Source: Peribolospora baueri (Eukaryota). Taken from it: a stretch of DNA of 51,616 bases. Shown one piece after another: positions 45,940-51,616 of the stretch. Under the pieces are notes generated by a model. That model saw only the letters and a program-made list of their open reading frames with translations. It did no database searches and was not told the DNA's origin. Positions within the stretch are counted from its first letter, which is position 1, and each line of letters begins with the position of its first letter. The stretch is from positions 1-51,616 of the forward strand of contig JAMDHS010000120.1 in the NCBI GenBank assembly GCA_029717555.1, read 5' to 3'. The position numbers and the translations under genes are program-made.

Positions 45940-48094
45940 ATGAAGGTTTCCATCACGGTCGCTACCGTCTGTCTGGCTCTCTCCGTGGCCAAGGCGGCGC
46001 CCGTCAATTACGACGAGTCTTCGCCAGAAGCGCTTGATAAGAGGCAGTGGTGGGGCGGCCCTTGGGGCTTTGGCTGGTGGGTACTTCGCTTCTATCTTCA
46101 CCGCCAATCCTGACGTCTCATTCCATTTCATCTTTGCTCTTTTAGGGGAGACTGGTGGAAGGATCACCAGCAGCACCAGCAGCGTGACATCTCCTTTGAG
46201 CGCGACGTCCCGCTTCCGCCTGGCCTCGACAAGAGGCAGTGGGGCTGGGGTGGTTGGGGAGGTTGGGGGGGCTGGGGGGGCTGGAGAGACTGGTTGGTCG
46301 AGATCTCGATCATGAAAGTTTTTGTTCGAAGCTGAAGCTGATGTCAACCTGTGCTCATCTGCGCCTATCTTTCAGGGACTGGTGGAAGGAGCACCAGAAG
46401 GAACTTGAGCAGCGTGACATCTCCGATGACGAAGATGATTTGCAGAAGCGCCTCTGGTGGGGTGGTTGGGGTCCGTGAGTAGCTCTCGCCGTCCTGTTCC
46501 TGCTCCACTTGTCATTAACCTGACTTCAATACATTTATTTTTTTCGTCCAGTGGTTGGGGCTGGGGTGACTGGTGGAAAGAGCACCAGCGTCGTGAAGAT
46601 TTCACGGAGAACGACATTTTGAACGCGCGTGGCTACTCGGATGAAGAGCTCGACCGCCTCTTTGGCGAGCGTGCTGATGAGGGTGAGGATCTTGACAAGA
46701 GGCAGTGGGGCGGGGGCGGCTGGGGCGGCGGGGGCTGGGGGGGCCAGGGCGGCTGGGGCGGCGGGGGCTGGGGGGGCCAGGGCGGCTGGGGCGGCCGGGG
46801 CGGCTGGGGCGGCGGGGGCTGGGGGGGCCGGGGCGGCTGGGGCGGCGGGGGCGGCGGGGGCTGGGGGGGCCGGGGCGGTGGATGGGGTGGTGGTCGGTGA
46901 GTATTTCAAAACGTCCACTATCTCTCCTTTGGTGCATGTTGTCGGGTTGACCGACTGAAATCTATCACTCTGTCTGGCAGCGGTGGTGGGGGGGGAGGTT
47001 GGTCGAAGAAGCGTGACATTTTGAGCGCGCGCGGCCTTTCGGATGAGGAAATTGATAACTTTGCCAAGCGCAGCGATGGCGGCGAGGTGGACCTTGACAA
47101 GCGCCTCTGGTGGTGGGGGTCGCCGTGGGGCTGGTGAGTGGCCTGTCATTCTGTGCTGTGAAGCTTCATTGTCGACGATAATTGAAGCGTGTGGCTATGT
47201 CATTCATCTCCCGCTGCACCAGGAACTGGTGGCAGGATCACAAGCAGCAGAGGGACGAGATCTTTAGGAGGGATGGGACCTTGGACGACGAGAAGTGGTA
47301 AGTCAGCTGTCCACCTAGCTGCACCTCACCCACCGCTCCTCAACTGACTTCTGCCGCCAACATTGCAGGGACGACTTTTGGAAGAAGGACGGTCAGGAGC
47401 TGGTGAAGAATGGCCTACTCGAACCCGATGAGGAGGTTGCCAAACGCCAGTTTGGGTTCGGCAGCGGTGAGTACATGTAGAACTCTGAACCGAAATGTGA
47501 TGTATTACGAACAATCTATTAACTGAGACCATTGATAATTTGCGGGGACAGGCAACGCGCTCGCCTTCCAGGTCAGCCGACGATGAGATCCGTCTATAGT
47601 CTTCGAGCAAAGAACAGCAACTGATGCGAACATATTTGTTTTGCTGCTTTCCAGAGCGCCAACGGAGGCTGGGGAGGCCCTGGTGGCTGGGGGTTCAACT
47701 TCGGGGGATGGAAGCGCCAGGTGCCCGCGATGGTCATCCCACACGAAGAAGAGCGGGGGATGAACGAGGACCGTGGCTCTGATGATGATCCCTGGGAGGA
47801 AAGGGAGAAGAGACAGTTCGGGTTTGGTGGTATCGCCATCGGTGGTAATGGTGGACCCGGAGGCTGGGGAGGACCTGGGTGAGTAGGATTGGGGTAGAGA
47901 AGATGTGATGCGTCGGACGACGTGGACACTGATGTTCGTTCTCGCGACATATTCTGCATCGTACCATCAGAGGGCTCAACATCAACGCTGGCGGGCTGTA
48001 AGTCGCCCTGTACGCCGCTCGGTATCGACCTGAGCTGCCAGCTGAAGCCTGTGACGCTTGTTTTGCTTTTTCCAGAAATGGCTGGTGGTGGTAA
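45940..48094 (+). CDS. Secreted Kex2-processed repeat protein (KEP): precursor of Trp/Gly-rich peptides, 11 exons
   Basis: Exons 45940-46076, 46146-46292, 46376-46474, 46552-46896, 46981-47133, 47223-47297, 47369-47466, 47552-47571, 47655-47878, 47971-47997 and 48076-48094 all have GT-AG borders and splice into one open frame. The protein is a signal peptide followed by repeated acidic spacer-KR-core modules. Confidence 0.88.
46706..46896 (+). repeat. G-rich coding minisatellite (ggctgggg... units, 15/18 bp) encoding GGW/GGGGW/GGxGGW repeats
   Basis: Read directly; about 11 tggggg-containing units. Confidence 0.9.
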
Positions 48095-48276
48095 AAACGA
48101 GAACGATGGCGATTTCCTGTACCGTACAGACGTAACGCTCCACCGAACGTGGTCCAAAAGAGAATACGCCTCGTTTCTGTCGAAGGGAAGCTGACTAAGT
48201 ATGTCCCGTTGCTGCGGCTCGATCACCTTCGCCGATGACGGCGCATTCATCCATCCATCCACCGCATAGGTTTTGT

Positions 48277-49735
48277 TCAGATCGTCGAACGCATACGTCC
48301 GTTTGCGGAGAGCCTTCTCACTTTACCTTTGTCTTTGTCGACGCTTTCTGTTTGACCGACGTCAGGTGTAGGATCCAAGTCGACGCTTTCCGTCTGACCG
48401 ACGTCAGGTGTAGGATCCAAGTCGACGCTTTCCGTCTGACCGACGTCAGGTGTAGGATCCAAGTCGACGCTTTCCGTCTGACCGACGTCAGGCGTAGGAT
48501 CCAAGTCCGGCTCGCTCAACGCCGTCGTCGCACCGCCTTGGTTGAGATTCGTGCTGCCGTACCCTCCTCGTCCGCCGGAGCCTCCGTTCCCTCCGACTGC
48601 CGCCGCGGCGGCGGATCCCTGTCCCTGTCGCCCAGGTGCACTGCTCGTACCGCCCAAGTTGAGGGTACCGCCAGAACCCGAAGCGGTGTTATGGCCTAGT
48701 CCACCACCTCCGCCCGCGCCCCCGCTGTGCCAGGATGACACGGCGACGAAAAGGTCAGCCGACTGCTGTGGCCGTCGAGAGAAGGCCTCTGAACCCGGTA
48801 AAAAGGAGACGAGGGGGTATCAGGTCTCACCCTGCTGCTTGGTAGCCGTGCGCATTCCCGGAATCGTTTCCGCGATCGATCCCGTTGCCCTATTCGATCG
48901 TCGCGCCCAAAACAAAACGTTGAAGGTCACTTCAGCTGGGATCCGGATTCCCCAAAGCGAACAGCATACACCCAGCTTTAACGCCTTTTCCGAAAGCGAC
49001 GCAAAAGGGGCTCACATCGTTTATTGCCTGCTGGTTTCCGCTCCCTCCCAGGTCTCCTTGGTGAACCCGGTGCCGATGCCCGCCGCCACTGCCTTGGCGG
49101 CCTCGGCTCTTCCCGGACGAGTCGTGGAAGCCGAGCACGCCGAGCACGCCTTCGCTGGACAGGTCTCGCTTCGGGAGGTGCTTAAGCGGGTGGCTGAGTA
49201 CGTCGTCCAGCGAATGCGGCAAGACGGGAATGGACGGTAAAACAGGTTTGGGTCGCCGGTGAGTGTGGTGAGACCCGGGACGGGCAGCATGTCCACGATG
49301 GGATGCGAGGGCTTCGTGGTTTGAAACGGGCTGACGAATGCTAGGATAGTTTTCCGCTTTGGAGACAGGCGCCTTGGTATTATCCCCCGCTTGCGGCTTG
49401 CCGGCTTTGGCAACGCTCTCGGCGTTGTGGACGTTGGTACTGCTCACGCCAGGAGCGCCCGCCCTACCTGGCTGTCCGTCCAGACCAGACGGGAGCAGAG
49501 TGAGGTCTTGCCCGTTTTCGTACGACGTCAACTTGGTCCAAGCATCGTCGAGGGAGCTTTGAGCGTCTGCGATGTCGTCGGTGTAGGCCCGAGCTCGTAC
49601 GCTGTCGAATGAAGGTCTTGGCACGTTCTCGCGACGTTCGAGCGGATGGAGAGGGCAGGAAGCGCAAGCGAAAGCGGTGTGAAGGGCGAGAAGAGTGGAG
49701 ACTGAGAGCAGAGGAATCAACGCAAGCATCTTCAT
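48277..49735 (-). CDS. Secreted Gly-rich protein with dibasic sites and a 4 x 14-aa acidic repeat; 3 exons proposed, 3' end uncertain
   Basis: Signal peptide MKMLALIPLLSVSTLLALHTAFA; dibasic sites LERR, HRR and LPKR. Exons 49735-49016, about 48889-48831 (GNGIDRGNDSGNAHGYQAAG) and about 48725-48277 with GT-AG borders. Confidence 0.75.
48337..48504. repeat. 42-bp minisatellite x4, encoding DLDPTPDVGQTESV on the minus strand
   Basis: gtcgacgctttccgtctgaccgacgtcaggtgtaggatccaa at 48337, 48379, 48421 and 48463; no spacers. Confidence 0.97.
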
Positions 49736-50323
49736 ATCTGGAAGTGTGTGGGGAGGGGAAGCAAGACGTCAAGACTGGCCGGAGTCCGCGAGGCGTGGAA
49801 TCAGGCTTCGAAGCGGATCGACGCGACTGGACTGACGCGATCGGCAGATGTGCTTTTCGTTTGCGATCCTCCTCCTACGCCCTCCTTCACCCCCCTACCC
49901 CGCGCCCTCCTCTTTCCGCATTCTCAGCCCACTTCGCAGCAAAACATAAAGTCCATTTTATTCATAAGAGGCACTCGAAAAGTGCCCATCCAAATGTCCA
50001 TCGATAACCGGGGGGAAAAAGGGAAGAGAAGACGTTATGACATGGTCCATAAAAGAACCAGAACAGAGTAAGGATGTGCAGGAGAGACGATGGGCAAGAG
50101 GAACGTGGAGGTGAGCCTGGTCCACCTGCGTCCGCGTCCATCCATCCGGTCCAGTCCTCCCAAGGGTGGTGAACAGAACGAACGAGGGACGGGGAACAAA
50201 GGGCGTAGTAGTGGTGGTGGTGGTAATGGGCAAGAGAAGGGACGCAAGTACAATAGGATGGACGGACAAGTGGATGAACAAGAAGGAGTGATGCTGAGTC
50301 AGGCAGGTCTGCTGTCGCCGCCT

Positions 50324-51616
50324 TCACCAGCCGCCTTGCGCAACAGCGCCGCCGGCAGGAGAGAGGATAGGGACGTTAGCGCCGAGGCCAATCAGGTCAC
50401 CGCTGGCGCCGGCAGAGTTGGAGCCGCCGATGGCGGCGGCATTGCCGTTGTTGTGGTCGTCCTCGTGGTACCAGCGCTTGTACCCACGGAAAGGGAAACC
50501 GGCACCGTAGTTGCCGGGGGCGCCGTAAGCGCTAGCGCCACCGGCGGGCGAGGCGACAGGGACGTTGGCGGCAATGCCGATCAGGTCGTTGTTGGCCTGG
50601 GCAGAGTTGCAGCCACCCTTAGCGGCCGCGTTGCCATTGTCGTGGTTGTCGCGCTTCCGGCCACCCTGACCGACGGCGCCACCGGCGGGCGAGGCGATAG
50701 GGGCGTTGGCGGCAATGCCGATCAGGTCGTTGTTGGCCTGGGCAGAGTTGCAACCACCCACAGCGGCCGCGTTGCCGTCGTGGTGGCCGTCGTGGTGGTC
50801 GTCGTCCCAGCGCTTCCAGCCACCGTGAGCGACAGCGTTACCGGCGGGGGAGAGGATAGGGACGTTAGCGGCGAGGCCGATCAGGTCGCCGTTGGCGCTG
50901 GCAGAGTTGGAACCGCCAATAGCGGCGGCGTTGCCGTTGTCGTAGCCGTGGTCGTGGTCCCAGCGCTTCTTGAGGATGCCGCCGCCGTTGGCGTCAGCGC
51001 CGCCGGCAGGCGAGAGGATAGGAACGTTGAGTCCGAGGCCGACCAGGTCCCCATTGGCGCCCGCAGAGTTGGAGCCGCCGACAGCGCCGGCGTTACCGAC
51101 GCCGAGACCACCCCAGCGCTTCCAGCCTCCCTGAGCGCTAGCGCCACCCGCGGGCGAGGCGACAGGGACGTTGGCGGCAACACCGATCAAGTCGTTGTTC
51201 GCCTCGGCAGAGTTGGAGCCGCCAATCGCAGCGGCGTTGCCGTTGTTGTGGCCCTGGTAGTAGTCGTGATCATGGTGGTACCAGCGCTTCTTGAGGCCGC
51301 CGCCGTTGGCGACAGCGCTGCCGGCGGGGGAGAGGACGGGGACGTTGGCGGCAACGCCGATCAAGTCGCCGTTGGCCTGGGCAGAGTTGGAACCGCCAAT
51401 AGCGGCAGCGTTGCCGTTGTTGTGGCCCTGGTCGTAGTCGTGATCGTAGTGGTACCAGCGCTTCTTGAGGCCGCCGCCGTTGGCGACAGCGCTGCCGGCG
51501 GGGGAGAGGACGGGGACGTTGGCGGCAACGCCGATCAAGTCGCCGTTGGCCTGGGCAGAGTTGGAACCGCCAATAGCGGCAGCGTTGCCGTTGTTGTGGC
51601 CCTGGTCGTAGTCGTG
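50324..51616 (-). CDS. Kex2-processed repeat protein with at least 8 KR-separated ~50-58 aa units (repellent Rep1-like architecture); 5' end beyond the window
   Basis: Frame open from 51616 to the stop at 50324. Unit consensus KR-W(Y/D)H..DH..NGNAAAIGGSNSAxANxDLIGxAANVPxLSPAGxAxAxGG(W/GLK)KR. The outermost units are near-identical at DNA level with a 174-bp period. Confidence 0.92.
   Translation of the reverse strand, partial: HDYDQGHNNGNAAAIGGSNSAQANGDLIGVAANVPVLSPAGSAVANGGGLKKRWYHYDHDYDQGHNNGNAAAIGGSNSAQANGDLIGVAANVPVLSPAGSAVANGGGLKKRWYHHDHDYYQGHNNGNAAAIGGSNSAEANNDLIGVAANVPVASPAGGASAQGGWKRWGGLGVGNAGAVGGSNSAGANGDLVGLGLNVPILSPAGGADANGGGILKKRWDHDHGYDNGNAAAIGGSNSASANGDLIGLAANVPILSPAGNAVAHGGWKRWDDDHHDGHHDGNAAAVGGCNSAQANNDLIGIAANAPIASPAGGAVGQGGRKRDNHDNGNAAAKGGCNSAQANNDLIGIAANVPVASPAGGASAYGAPGNYGAGFPFRGYKRWYHEDDHNNGNAAAIGGSNSAGASGDLIGLGANVPILSPAGGAVAQGGW

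Noticed and set aside
46045..47133. GW/WG repeats as an Argonaute-hook (GW182-like) protein
   Set aside because: Signal peptide and regular KR sites point to the secretory pathway, not cytosolic RNA silencing
46535..47149. Minus-strand Pro/Ala-rich ORF (PAPPAPAAPAA)
   Set aside because: Reverse complement of the GGW-coding repeat; splice signals and signal peptide support the plus strand
48337..48504. 42-bp repeats as a CRISPR array
   Set aside because: Head-to-tail copies with no unique spacers, length a multiple of 3, in-frame in a eukaryotic gene, no cas genes
45940..51616. KEP genes as mating pheromone precursors or hydrophobins
   Set aside because: No CAAX ends and units too long and variable for basidiomycete lipopeptide pheromones; no eight-Cys hydrophobin pattern

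Overview
Intron-rich, GC-rich fungal (basidiomycete-type; lineage inferred, not tested) genomic DNA. About 1-42 kb is mostly housekeeping genes: a disrupted DUF2985 membrane protein, BST1/PGAP1, an F-box/WD40 protein, a CBM21 PP1 glycogen-targeting subunit, dynactin p24-like, OPA3, a Rieske+DUF455 fusion, proline iminopeptidase, a PL14 lyase, the IF1 ATPase inhibitor, a UBC6-type E2, SRR1/BER1, SYF2 and UPF3. A decayed, rearranged Ty1/copia element lies at 31.1-33.3 kb. The most interesting part is 42-51.6 kb, a cluster of four genes for secreted or putatively secreted, low-complexity, dibasic-site (Kex2-type) precursor proteins. One is an 11-exon gene (45940-48094) that the ORF track shows only in fragments; it encodes seven Trp/Gly-rich peptides, each preceded by an acidic spacer and KR. 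Another (50324 to the window end) is a KR-separated array of at least 8 near-identical ~50-58 aa repellent-like peptides. Motifs are shared across the four genes. All family assignments come from motifs recognised by eye, and exon models are hand-built from splice consensus; no database searches were run.
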